From the NCBI GenBank assembly GCA_963718895.1, contig CAVRAG010000007.1:288001-352000 (forward strand): DNA of 64,000 nt. The letters are read 5' to 3'. The position numbers were made by a program, and so were the translations under genes. Of the stretch, positions 28,707 to 38,634 are shown piece after piece. The first letter of the stretch is position 1, and each line of letters begins with the position of its first letter. The notes beneath the pieces are model-generated. The model did not search any database. It saw only the letters and a program-made list of their open reading frames with translations, and had not been told where the DNA came from. Source of the stretch: an uncultured Nitrososphaerota archaeon. GTDB taxonomy: Archaea; Thermoproteota; Nitrososphaeria; Nitrososphaerales; Gagatemarchaeaceae.

Positions 28707-31049
28707 GTGAAGGTGCGCAACAAACGCCAAGTGACGACCGCGCTCGTCTTGCTAACGCTTCTGCTCCTTGCCTCTTCTTCCCACTTCTCTGTTAGCGGCC
28801 AAGCCGTGGTGGCGACGAAGAACATCGGGGGTACTTCGTACGGCATCGCCTACGACTCCGCTAAGGGACAGGTATTCGTTACGCACTTCTTCAATGACAG
28901 CATCACCGTCCTCTCCGACTCCAACAACGGGGTTGTTGCGACCATCCATTTCGGTCAGAACTACGAGCCAACTGGTATTGCGTATGACTCAGCCAAAGGT
29001 GAACTGTTCGTGGCCAACTACGGAGCCAACACTGTCTCTGTCATTTCCGACGTGACAGACAAGGTGACCACGAACGTCTCGGTTGGGGCCTATCCGCAGG
29101 CGGTCGCATATGACTCCGGGAAGGGCGAGGTCTTCGTCGCAAGCGGCACCTCCAGGACCGCCGGGTCCGTCTCGGTTATCTCCGACGCGACCAACACAGT
29201 CCTAGCTACCATCCCCGTCGGGAATCAGCCTAGAGCAGTCGCCTACGACCAGGCTGATGGGGAGATCTTCGTAGCGGACTACGGGACGAACGCCGTATCG
29301 GTCATCTCCGACTCTACCAACTTGGTGGCCGCAACGGTAAACGTGGGAACTGGCCCATCGGGGATCACCTACGACTCTGCTAAGGGGGAGATCTTTGTAG
29401 CTAACTACGGCGACAACACTGTCTCGGTACTCAGCGGCGCAACCAACTCGGTGACCGCTACGATCGCTCCCAATCCGCACTTCGGGCCCCTCGGACCCGA
29501 CGGCCTAGCGTACGACTCCGCAACGGGCGAGATCTTCGTGGCCGATGAAGGCAACATCAGCACCAGCACTACGTCTGTGACAGTCATCACCGACGCGACC
29601 AACACTGTCACTGCGGCTGTCAACACCGGTTTCACTAACACGGTGATAGCATACGACTCCGCCAAAGGAGAGATGTTTGTCGGGAGTGACAACGATTTCA
29701 AGATCGCAGTCATCTCTGTAAGTGCTGCCCTCGTTAGCACGTCGGCAACTACCGGGTCCTCATCTGGATCATCTGGTGTTACGACGACTTCGTCATCGTG
29801 CTTCAGTTCGGGCTCCATCGGGGCTCAGCTCTCTGTGAGTTGCACGAGCTTCTCGTACAACACGGGTACGGCTTCAGGCGGTCCCGGCAGCGTAGGGGTC
29901 GGATTGGACCCTATCGGTCTGGCCTATGATCCCGCCACCGGAGAGGTTTTCGTGGCGGATTTCAGCAGTCCCGCAGTCGCAGCCATCTCTGACGCGACCA
30001 ATGCTGTGGCCGCGAGTGTCGAGGTACCCGGGCTCAACAATCCGGGGTTCCACTTTAGCCCGAGTCCCCAGTACATCGCCTACGACTCCGCCAAGGGCGA
30101 ACTCTTTGTGTCCAATCTCTATGGAAACTGTATCACGGTCATCTCGGATGCGACCAACGCCGTGGTCACGACGATCGACCTGGGACACGATTCAGCGAAC
30201 AACGGAATCGGAATGTACCCCGTAGACCTCGCCTACGACCCCGCGAAAGGCGAGATATTCGTGGTCAATCAGGGGAACACGACGATCGTCGGGCAGTACG
30301 ACGCGAGCGCAGGTAGCGTCTCTGTCATCTCGGATTCAACGAATTCGGTGGTAGCGAGCGTGCCCCTAGGCGATTTCCCCAGCGTCATAGCATACGACTC
30401 CGCCAAGGGAGAGATGTTCGTGGCCGAAGACGGGGCGATCCCTTCCAGCGTAAGCGCGTCAAACACGGCACACGGACAAATCTCAGTGATATCCGATACG
30501 ACCAACTCCGTGATCGCGAACGTGACCGTGGGACCGTTTCCAGACGGCATCGTCTACGACCCCGCCAAGGGCGAGGTGTATGTGGCTAGCTCAGGTAGCA
30601 CCACCATCGCAGGCGGCGTCTCGGTCATCTCAGACACGACAGACGCTGTGACCGCGACCGTGCCCCTGAACGGTGCAGGCGCAGTCGCCTACGACCCCGC
30701 CAAAGGCGAGGTGTTCGTCGTAACTCCAAGCACAAACACCACCGCAGTGATCTCTGACTCGACCAACTCCGTCGTCGGTACGAGATCCGCTGGTCCGGGT
30801 CCATTCTGGATTGTGTACGACTCTGCAAAGAACGAGTTCTTCGTATCGAATCCCAGTGCGGACACCGTCACCGTCCTCTCTGACGCAACTGCGTCATCGA
30901 CCACAACCACTACTTCAAGCAGCTCTGCCCTCCAGCCCTCGTACCTGGCGGTTGTAGCGGCCAACGTCGCCATCATCCTCGTCGTGGGTGCTTTCGCTGC
31001 GTTGAGAGGACGAAACAGACACTCCGCAACACTCGTCGCTCAAGACTGA
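28707..31049 (+). CDS. YVTN/YncE-type double beta-propeller surface protein
   Basis: Signal peptide; 14 YD(S/P/Q)xxGExFV-type repeats in two groups of 7; S/T linker; C-terminal TM with basic tail. Confidence 0.9.
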   Translation: MKVRNKRQVTTALVLLTLLLLASSSHFSVSGQAVVATKNIGGTSYGIAYDSAKGQVFVTHFFNDSITVLSDSNNGVVATIHFGQNYEPTGIAYDSAKGELFVANYGANTVSVISDVTDKVTTNVSVGAYPQAVAYDSGKGEVFVASGTSRTAGSVSVISDATNTVLATIPVGNQPRAVAYDQADGEIFVADYGTNAVSVISDSTNLVAATVNVGTGPSGITYDSAKGEIFVANYGDNTVSVLSGATNSVTATIAPNPHFGPLGPDGLAYDSATGEIFVADEGNISTSTTSVTVITDATNTVTAAVNTGFTNTVIAYDSAKGEMFVGSDNDFKIAVISVSAALVSTSATTGSSSGSSGVTTTSSSCFSSGSIGAQLSVSCTSFSYNTGTASGGPGSVGVGLDPIGLAYDPATGEVFVADFSSPAVAAISDATNAVAASVEVPGLNNPGFHFSPSPQYIAYDSAKGELFVSNLYGNCITVISDATNAVVTTIDLGHDSANNGIGMYPVDLAYDPAKGEIFVVNQGNTTIVGQYDASAGSVSVISDSTNSVVASVPLGDFPSVIAYDSAKGEMFVAEDGAIPSSVSASNTAHGQISVISDTTNSVIANVTVGPFPDGIVYDPAKGEVYVASSGSTTIAGGVSVISDTTDAVTATVPLNGAGAVAYDPAKGEVFVVTPSTNTTAVISDSTNSVVGTRSAGPGPFWIVYDSAKNEFFVSNPSADTVTVLSDATASSTTTTTSSSSALQPSYLAVVAANVAIILVVGAFAALRGRNRHSATLVAQD

Positions 31050-31135
31050 AGATCCGGACAGACATAGGGAGCACAAAACTGGGACGGTCGCCGGAGCAAG
31101 GAACTTAAGCTCAGGCCTGGGAAGGACTGGAAGAA

Positions 31136-31225
31136 TTGAGCAGACGGTGGATAAGAATCCTGAGCATCATCGTCATGCTTCTCCTGATTCTATCGGCCGT
31201 CGTCAGCATTCTGATCTCCATCTGA
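31136..31225 (+). CDS. 29-aa single-TM microprotein MSRRWIRILSIIVMLLLILSAVVSILISI
   Basis: TTG 31136 to TGA 31223-31225; CTTAAG TATA-like box about 26 nt upstream. Confidence 0.55.
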   Translation: MSRRWIRILSIIVMLLLILSAVVSILISI

Positions 31226-31412
31226 CCTTTCCTGGGACCTGTCCGTTGCTTCGAACGGAGACGGCCGGGGTTCTGACTTCGGGGTGAAAGACTCCGTCCA
31301 CGAACACGTCCTTGGGCTCGGCCGCAGGCGATGTCGAGATACGCCCGATGTGAGTAGCCGTTGCAGCAGCTACCGATAGCATGAATAGGCGCCCGCGGGG
31401 GGCTCGTGCAGC

Positions 31413-31637
31413 ATGACTCTCATCGGGGACGTAAGGGACTCGTTCAAAGCCAAGGATTTGGAGTTCGTGTCGCTGACAGACGCCGGGAACAATAGATCGC
31501 GATTGACCTACAAGGACGGAGGCAAACTGATGACGAGAGAATTCGGGATTCCCCTGTCCCAACTGGAGGAGACGGTCGAGGAGCTCGATATCATGGACCC
31601 TGACGACCTGGCTGAGTATCTGCTTAAGCTCCAATAG
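31413..31637 (+). CDS. Hypothetical 74-aa acidic protein
   Basis: Protein-like composition and typical codon usage. Confidence 0.6.
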   Translation: MTLIGDVRDSFKAKDLEFVSLTDAGNNRSRLTYKDGGKLMTREFGIPLSQLEETVEELDIMDPDDLAEYLLKLQ

Positions 31638-31784
31638 CCGGCGGCCTCCAGTCCCTGCGACTTCTGACACTCTTTGGTCCATGTTCTGGGAAGATCCTCG
31701 AGAGGGTTCTCGAAGACACAGAGTGCTCCCCGGGCGATCATCCAGGGCGGAAGCTTATCTAGGGCAGGATAGCCCGAGGAGCAT

Positions 31785-32255
31785 TTGAACTACACCGAGC
31801 CTCACATACCGACCCCTGAGGACATCATCCCCAAGATGCTGACCATGGCCGCCGTGAAGCCGGGCGAGCTGGTCTATGACCTCGGCTCGGGGGACGGGAG
31901 ACTGGTCATTGCCGCGGCCAGGGACTTCGGAGCAAGGGCCGTCGGGGTGGAACTCAGGATGCGTCTTGTGAAGGAGTGCCGCAGGAAGGTCAGAGAGATG
32001 GGTCTCAACGGAAGGGTGACGATTACCTCCCAGAATTTCAAGAAGGTTAGCCTCCGAAAGGCAGACGTGCTCGCCCTGTACCTCTCCAGCTACACCCTGA
32101 ACCTGCTCACTCCCAAGTTCACGAGGGAGCTCAGGTCAGGTGTCAGGATCGTCAACTTCGATTATCCGGTGCCAGCCTGGAAACCCGTGAGTGAGGTCGA
32201 GGTCGTCCCGGCGGGCTGGAAGAAGCCTCATCCGATCTACCTGTACAGGGTCTGA
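31785..32255 (+). CDS. Class I SAM methyltransferase (aKMT/FAM173-like protein-lysine MTase)
   Basis: PHIPTP, YDLGSGDGRLV, AVGVEL, RIVNFDY, IYLY. Confidence 0.8.
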   Translation: MNYTEPHIPTPEDIIPKMLTMAAVKPGELVYDLGSGDGRLVIAAARDFGARAVGVELRMRLVKECRRKVREMGLNGRVTITSQNFKKVSLRKADVLALYLSSYTLNLLTPKFTRELRSGVRIVNFDYPVPAWKPVSEVEVVPAGWKKPHPIYLYRV

Positions 32256-32271
32256 GGGAGGGGGACCGCTC

Positions 32272-33159
32272 GTGCGAGCCATAGTCCACAGTATCCACTC
32301 GCAGGTCCCCGAGACCATCATACGTCTGAATCAGAGTCCTGACAGAATCCTCAGCCTGGACTCTCATCTTGACGTCTCCCTCGGAGGGGACTACAGCTTG
32401 TATCCACCCGAGCTTCGGATCTTCGCCCAGCGAACCAGCGTCCACGCCGCCCTGCGCGAGGTCTCCGGCGGCATCCTGGGGCTCAGGAGCTCGTCGTCCA
32501 GGCGCCGCCTCGGCGCGGAGGTGATCATTGCCATCCCTGAGAGGATGTTGGCTAGGCACGCCTCGGACATCGAGTCGAAGCTTCCCCCATCATTGAGGGT
32601 GCGCGACCCGCGGGAGTCGATCGCGTCTGTGGTGGCCTTCCTGAAGACGACTCTCGGCATAGAGGTCTATCCGAGCCCTCCGAAGAACCTCATAGATCTG
32701 GGCGCGCGAATGGACGGGTCAGGAGCTTGGCTCCTGGATGTAGACGTTGACTACATGCGTGAGATGCAGGACGAGTGTTACACTCAGATCAGGAACACGG
32801 CGCCGGGCGTCCTTCAGTCGATGTCGAAGGTCATCCGCTTCATCAAGAACTCCAGGCCCCCGGTAATCACGGTCTCGGAGGTCAAGGTCTCTGCGATCCG
32901 TGATGACGGAAGCAACTTCTCGCGTTTCATGGGGGCTCTGAGGGATTTTGGCTATCAGGTCGAGGAGAGTGGAGTCTACCGAACAGACGCAGAGGTCCTC
33001 AAAGGTATCTCGATCTGCAAAGAGTTCTACCGCACCGTCTCGAGGCGGCTCGCCTCCGACCACATGGGCTCGATGATGGGGGGCGACCTGGCCGGCTTTG
33101 AGGCGGAAGAGAGGAAGGTGGCCCGAGAGTTCTTCAGAAGGAAGGGATACGCGACCTGA
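32272..33159 (+). CDS. Hypothetical protein with arginase/deacetylase-like metal motifs (UPF0489-like)
   Basis: LSLDSHLD and LLDVDVDY; GGAGG RBS before GTG 32272. Confidence 0.55.
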   Translation: MRAIVHSIHSQVPETIIRLNQSPDRILSLDSHLDVSLGGDYSLYPPELRIFAQRTSVHAALREVSGGILGLRSSSSRRRLGAEVIIAIPERMLARHASDIESKLPPSLRVRDPRESIASVVAFLKTTLGIEVYPSPPKNLIDLGARMDGSGAWLLDVDVDYMREMQDECYTQIRNTAPGVLQSMSKVIRFIKNSRPPVITVSEVKVSAIRDDGSNFSRFMGALRDFGYQVEESGVYRTDAEVLKGISICKEFYRTVSRRLASDHMGSMMGGDLAGFEAEERKVAREFFRRKGYAT

Positions 33160-33174
33160 GGAGGATCCTCGGAC

Positions 33175-33660
33175 CTAGTCGACGCCCAGCGCGTCTCTCA
33201 GGTCTATCTCGTGGTCCTGCTCTTGGACGATTATGTCCCTCAGGGCCTCTGAGAGCGCAAACTCCCCCGCCCGCTCCGCCTGCCTTATCCGCTCCCGGTA
33301 GTTCTTGATGGTGTCGCGCTCTGCCTGGAGGTCGATCTCCAGCATCTTCCTGGAGTCGTCGGACGTCTGCGCTGGGACCATCCTGACCGTAGGCCTCCCA
33401 CCGAGATAGTCGATCTGCCTTGCGAGCTCGAGGGCGTGTGAGAGCTCCTGAGAAGCGTGCCCCTTGAGCTGGTCTGCTATCTCTCCGTACTGAGCCCCCT
33501 TCAAAGCCGCACTGAAGACGACGTACTGGACGATCGCCTTGTACTCCCTGGCTAGGTCCTCATTGAGCGCTTCGACAATCTCCTTTCGTAGCGCGGTTGA
33601 GGCTCCTACGGCGTCCGCCGCGTCCGTGGACCTGGTCTTGGCCGTCTCTGGCGAGGACAA
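33175..33660 (-). CDS. Ferritin-like / bacterioferritin-type protein
   Basis: LNEDLAREYKAIVQY, QELSHA, AERDTIKNY, QEQDHE di-iron ligands. Confidence 0.88.
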   Translation of the reverse strand: MSSPETAKTRSTDAADAVGASTALRKEIVEALNEDLAREYKAIVQYVVFSAALKGAQYGEIADQLKGHASQELSHALELARQIDYLGGRPTVRMVPAQTSDDSRKMLEIDLQAERDTIKNYRERIRQAERAGEFALSEALRDIIVQEQDHEIDLRDALGVD

Positions 33661-33804
33661 TAGAATCGCTGTACCTTCGATCTCGTTCTTCTATAGACTA
33701 GTGAATCTATCTTCTATCGTACTACGCAGCAGGTCCGGTCGAGAACGGCCCAGTCACACTTATGACGGGGTGCCGGATTACGAATGAAGCCGGGTGAGCC
33801 ATGC

Positions 33805-33900
33805 ATGCCTGAAAAGAAGCGCATGAAGCCGAAGACGTTTCTCGGACTCATGCCAAAGAAGAGGAAGAGATCCACAAGAGGGATAGCGCCTTCGCACTAG
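33805..33900 (+). CDS. Candidate basic 31-aa microprotein MPEKKRMKPKTFLGLMPKKRKRSTRGIAPSH
   Basis: GGGTGA SD-like motif at about 33792-33797; ATG 33805 to TAG 33898-33900. Confidence 0.4.
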   Translation: MPEKKRMKPKTFLGLMPKKRKRSTRGIAPSH

Positions 33901-33941
33901 CACGACCGGGAACCAGAGCAGGTCGGCCTTCGGGTTTACCC

Positions 33942-34896
33942 TTGCTTTCTGTGATTGGCGCCATCAACTGGGACATCAGCATCTTCGAGGATCGCTTCGC
34001 GAGATCGGGGGAAGAAGTCCCCGTCAGAAGAGTCGAGGAGTTCTCAGGAGGGAAGGCGGCCAACGTCGCGGTCGCAGCCGCAAGGATCCTGGGGAGCGGC
34101 AGGGTGGCCTGCATCGGGGCGCTGGGAGACGACCAGATAGCAAAGGCCCAGATCGCCGAACTGGTCTCGGAGGGCGTGACGGTGGAGGGGATCGTCGAAG
34201 TCAAGGGAAGACAGTCTGGGCGCGCCTACATCCTTGTCGACGCCGAGGGTCGGAAGACCATCCACACCCACTTCGGCGCCAACGCCGAGATCACATCGGG
34301 CGACATCCGTGAGAGGGGTTGCGCCAAGGTGATCTCCAAGACCGGCGCGATGGTGGTCATGGATCCACCCACGCCCGTGGCCCTGGCCGCAGCAGAGGCG
34401 GCGCGGTCGCACGGGGCGAAGGTGATCTATAGCCCGGGCGTGCGAACACAGGAGGGGGTGAAGACCCTGGACGCCATCCTAAGGATCTCTGACTTCCTGG
34501 TCGTGGACAGGATAGAGCTGATGAACCTCGACCGGGCCGCCGACGAGGAGAAGGTCCTGGGCATAGTCAACAAGAAGCACCCCAGGGTCACGGTCGTCGC
34601 GACCTTCAGGATCTGGAGGGTGCATCGTATCGGACGGCAGGTCCTTGACCAGAGTCTCCGGCGTCGACCTCTCGTCGCTGGACATGAAGGTGCTGAACAC
34701 GACAGGCTGTGGCGACGCGTTCCTAGGTGTCTTCGCGAGCTACCTCATGATAGGCAAGAGCCCCCTGGACGCAGCAAGATGGGGGAACCTCGCAGGAGCA
34801 CTGAAGGCGACGAGGCTCGAGACCCGAGGGAGCCCGAGGAAGAGGGAGCTCGAACGCGCGATGAGGACTTTCGAGACCGCGGGAAAGAGTTCCTAG
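33942..34896 (+). CDS. PfkB/ribokinase-family kinase (frameshift near 34608)
   Basis: GGKAANVAVAAA, IGALGDD, NTTGCGDAFLG. Confidence 0.88.
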
Positions 34897-34924
34897 GGGT
34901 CTGGACCCCCGGCTCGGGGCTGGA

Positions 34925-35869
34925 CTAGGGGTTTCGTCCGACCAGCCACTCCAACACCGCTGCGGCGCCGTAGAGCTTGTTCTCGCCCTGACGCCAGACT
35001 ATCGAGCGCGGACCCTCGATGACTTCATCGGTGATCTCCAGGCCACGGTGAGCGGGGAGGCAGTGCATCACGCTCACGTCTTTCTTCGCCACCTTGAGGA
35101 GGTTCGAGTCTATCTGATAGCCGCGGAAGGCCCTCAGCCTTCTCTCCTTCTCGGCCTCCTCCCCCATGCTGACCCAGACGTCGGTGTAGAGGACGTCGGC
35201 GCCGGAGGCGGCCTGTGCCGGGTCCGTGAGGACATGGACCTCGCTTCCCGACGACAGGCCGAGTTCGACTGCCCGCTTGAGAATCTTCTCGTTGGGACGG
35301 TAGTTCTCTGGACAGCCGACGGAGATGCTCATGCCCACCGTGGCCGCGCCTAGGAGGAGGGAGTTGCAGACATTGTCGCCGTCCCCGATGTAGGCCATCT
35401 TGAGACCCCTCAGCCTCTTCTTCACCTCGAGAACCGTGAAGAGGTCGGCCACGACCTGGGTGGGGTGCTCGATATCGCTCAGCGCGTTGATTGTCGGGAC
35501 TCCGGAGAAGTCGGCGAGCTGGTTCACGACCTCCTGGGAATAGACCCTTGCGGCTATCGCGTCCAGGTAGTCGCCGAGTATCCTCGCGGTGTCCTTGACG
35601 GGCTCCCCGCGGCTCAGCTGCAATTCGTTCGCCGAGAGATAGAGCGAGTGGCCGCCCAGTCTGAGGGTCGCGACCTCGAAGCTGGTCCTCGTCCTGGTGG
35701 AAGGCTTCTCGAAGAGCAGGCCGACCACCTTCCCTCTGAGAGACACGATCTCCTTCCCGGCTTTGATCTCCCGCTTGAGTCGTCCCGCCCTCTTGAGCAG
35801 CGAGCCGAGCTCTTCGCCCGAGAGGTCTGCCATCGAAAGAAGGCTTCTCATTGATTGGGCCGTCTTCAT
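34925..35869 (-). CDS. argF: Ornithine carbamoyltransferase
   Basis: FEKPSTRTR, HPTQ, DVWVSMG, HCLP. Confidence 0.95.
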   Translation of the reverse strand: MKTAQSMRSLLSMADLSGEELGSLLKRAGRLKREIKAGKEIVSLRGKVVGLLFEKPSTRTRTSFEVATLRLGGHSLYLSANELQLSRGEPVKDTARILGDYLDAIAARVYSQEVVNQLADFSGVPTINALSDIEHPTQVVADLFTVLEVKKRLRGLKMAYIGDGDNVCNSLLLGAATVGMSISVGCPENYRPNEKILKRAVELGLSSGSEVHVLTDPAQAASGADVLYTDVWVSMGEEAEKERRLRAFRGYQIDSNLLKVAKKDVSVMHCLPAHRGLEITDEVIEGPRSIVWRQGENKLYGAAAVLEWLVGRNP

Positions 35870-35921
35870 CGCCGACACTCGTGGGCGTTTAAGGAGACCG
35901 GAAGGTCAGGTCGCCTCGCAG

Positions 35922-37280
35922 CTAGCTCACCGCGGGCAGCGATTCCAGCGCCTTGTGTATGGTCTCGTCGGTTGGAGAGTAGTCTATGAGGGCCCCGCTC
36001 ATCTTGTCCTCGTAAGCCTTCAGGTCGAGCAGGCCGTGGCCGCTCAGGTTGAAGAGGATGGTCTTCGGCTCGTTCTTCTGCTTGCACTGGAGGGCGATGT
36101 CGATCGCGGCCCTTACCGCGTGGCTCGTCTCAGGGGCGACGACTATGCCCTCTGTTCGGGCGAAGGTGACGGCCGCGTCCATGGCTTCGTTCTGCGAGTA
36201 GGCAATGCTCCTCATGTAGCCCTTGTTTATCAGCATCGACATGGACGGCGCCTTGCCGTGATAGCGGAGCCCTCCGCCGTGGATGGGCGGCGTCTGGAAG
36301 GTGTGACCGACGGTGTACATCTTGAAGAGGGGGGTCATCTCCCCCGTGTCCCCGAAGTCGTAGCGGTACTCCCCCCTCGTGGTGGACGGGACGGCCTTCG
36401 GCTCTACGGCCACGAACTCGGCGTCGCTCTTTCCCCTTAGCTTCTCGCGCATGAAGGGATAGGCCAGACCGGCGTAGTTGCTGCCTCCGCCGATGCACCC
36501 GACCACATAGTCTGGCTCGGCGTCGAACATCTTCATCTGCTCCACCGCCTCCTGCCCTATGATCGACTGGTGCAGCAGGACGTGGTTCACGACGCTCCCT
36601 ATCGCGTACTTCGTCGTGTCGTGGGTGACGCAGTCCTCGACTGCCTCGCTGATCGCGATGCCGAGGCTCCCGGGGTGGTCGGGGTCCTGAGCGAGGAACT
36701 TCTGCCCCACCTTCGTGTTGCTGCTGGGAGATGCGAATACGTTGGCTCCGTAGACCTCCATCAGGGTCTTGCGGTACGGCTTTTGGATGAACGCGCTTCT
36801 GGTCATGTAGACCGTGCACTCGATGTCGAAGAGCGCGCAAGACATCGCGAGCGCGCTCCCCCACTGTCCTGCGCCCGTCTCGGTCGTCAGGCGCTTCGTT
36901 CCCTCCTTCGAGTGGTAGTAGGCCTGGGCGAGCGCCGTGTTCGGCTTGTGGCTGCCTGCCGGGTTGAGGTCCTCCCTCTTGTAGAATATCTTGGCGGGAG
37001 TCTTGAGTGCGGCCTCGAGCCTCGTGGCTCGGTAGAGAGGCGAGGGACGACCGAGGCGCAGGTAGGCCTCCCTTACACCCTCGGGGATTGGGATGTACTC
37101 CTCCGTCGACACCTCCTGCATCACGCACTCCTTCGCGAAGAGGCGGAAGAGGGGCTCCGGTGACATGGGCTTCATGGTCCCAGGGTCGAGCGGCGGAGGC
37201 AGCGGTTCGGGCAGGTCGTGCTGGATATTGTACCAGTTCCTAGGAAGGTCGTCCTGGTCTAGGGTAACCTTGATCTGCAT
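35922..37280 (-). CDS. trpB2: Tryptophan synthase beta-like TrpB2
   Basis: WYNI, GSHKPNTA, TTETGAGQWG, GGGSN, LSGHGLLDL. Confidence 0.93.
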   Translation of the reverse strand: MQIKVTLDQDDLPRNWYNIQHDLPEPLPPPLDPGTMKPMSPEPLFRLFAKECVMQEVSTEEYIPIPEGVREAYLRLGRPSPLYRATRLEAALKTPAKIFYKREDLNPAGSHKPNTALAQAYYHSKEGTKRLTTETGAGQWGSALAMSCALFDIECTVYMTRSAFIQKPYRKTLMEVYGANVFASPSSNTKVGQKFLAQDPDHPGSLGIAISEAVEDCVTHDTTKYAIGSVVNHVLLHQSIIGQEAVEQMKMFDAEPDYVVGCIGGGSNYAGLAYPFMREKLRGKSDAEFVAVEPKAVPSTTRGEYRYDFGDTGEMTPLFKMYTVGHTFQTPPIHGGGLRYHGKAPSMSMLINKGYMRSIAYSQNEAMDAAVTFARTEGIVVAPETSHAVRAAIDIALQCKQKNEPKTILFNLSGHGLLDLKAYEDKMSGALIDYSPTDETIHKALESLPAVS

Positions 37281-37427
37281 TGCCCTGGGAAAGCAGTCTG
37301 ACCATATTTATGCGCTCCGAGGCGAGGCTGAAGGCTTACCGAGAAGCCCGGGGATCCCCCAGGCGCGAGAGTCGACGACGGACCACGGGCGAAACTTTAA
37401 GCCACCTCCGCCTCGCCGCTCTGATTC

Positions 37428-38634
37428 TTGCAGCACAAGCCCGACGCGCGGGAGGACGTCTACTTCGTGCTCACGTCGTTCGCCCACGTGATGATAACCG
37501 TCCTCTTCGGCGTGCTGCTCAACCCCGGTCAATTCCCCGCGCTCGCGATCCTTGGCTTCGCCGTCAGCTCAAAGGCCTTCGCCCTCTTCGCCGGCGAGAA
37601 CGAGAGGTTCTTCACCCACCTTCGGTGGGCAGCCCTGCCTCTGGCGGCTCTGTCAGTCGCCATACTGCTCTTCCTGCCCCCGGTGGGTATCGTCCTCGGC
37701 GCTGCGGTGATGCTTCTCTACCTCAACTACCCACGGCTTATCAGGGCACGTGAGAAGTCCCCGTCCGACGTCGTCTTCCACGGCCTGAGATATGCGCTGC
37801 TCTTCTGGCTGGGGTACGGAGGGCCGGTGACGCTGGCGAGCGCGACCGCGCTCTCCGTTGTCTTCCTCTTCGGAGTTTCTGGGGAGCTGCTGGTGGGCCT
37901 GCGAAGCCAGGGGACCTGGAGGACGACCGCGTCGGTCCTCGGAACGGCGACCACGGTCAGGATAGTGAACGTCCTCACCTTCATCCTGATGGTCCTCGGG
38001 TCCCTTGTCTTCGCACAGGAGGTGAACTTCCCCCTGATCGTCGGTACTGTGGCCGTCCCCATACCTCTGATCGTAGGAGCGTTGGCTGGTCTCTTCATCA
38101 TGCGCCCGGTCTCGCTCGGCCGTAGCCGCCTTGCCCCGCTCTCCGTGAGGAGGCGGGAGATCGATTGCGATACTGCTCGTCGCCCTGGTGGTCGTCTCCA
38201 CTCCGGCGCTCACGAGGGTTGACCTCGAGAAGCAGCTCCCCGGGCCGAGCTACACGGTGACGGTGGGGATGCAGACCTTCGTAACGGGGCCGGACCCATG
38301 GGACGGGCAGTGGATCATATTCAACTACCAGAACACCAGGAACTTCTATTACGTACTCCTTCACACCGATGGGACGCTCGAGCTCGCCAGAGAGGTCAAC
38401 GGGACACGGGAGACGAACCTGAGTGACGCGCAGACGGGCCTGTCGCCCTTTGTCTGGCACAGTTACCAGATAGCGGTGGTCGGGGGAGAGGCCACCGTCT
38501 CGGTCGATGGCCGCGTCTACGAGAGCTTCCCGGTGGCGAGTCCCGGAGGGGAGGTGCTGATATCTCAGTCATTCCCTCACACGAGCCTGTGGGTTGTGAG
38601 GGTCACCGAGCTGCAGGTCAGCGCGGCGGGCTAG
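37428..38634 (+). CDS. Multi-TM protein (UbiA-like helices) fused to a concanavalin-like beta domain (frameshift near 38165)
   Basis: About 9 TM segments with LNYPR..RAREK...DVVFHG; then IIFNYQNTRNFYYVLL...WHSYQIAV. Confidence 0.5.

Noticed and set aside
28840-30850. Recurring TACGACTCCGCCAAGGG-like repeats resembling a CRISPR array
   Set aside because: They are in-frame, degenerate coding repeats of propeller blades spaced more than 120 nt apart.
31226-31412. Hairpins with CTGA and GAAA suggesting a hammerhead ribozyme
   Set aside because: No CUGANGA core or three-stem junction could be built.
33762-33812. Weak C/D-like arrangement ATGACGG...ATGAAGC...CTGA
   Set aside because: Boxes are degenerate, guide lengths are irregular, and no convincing rRNA target was recognised.
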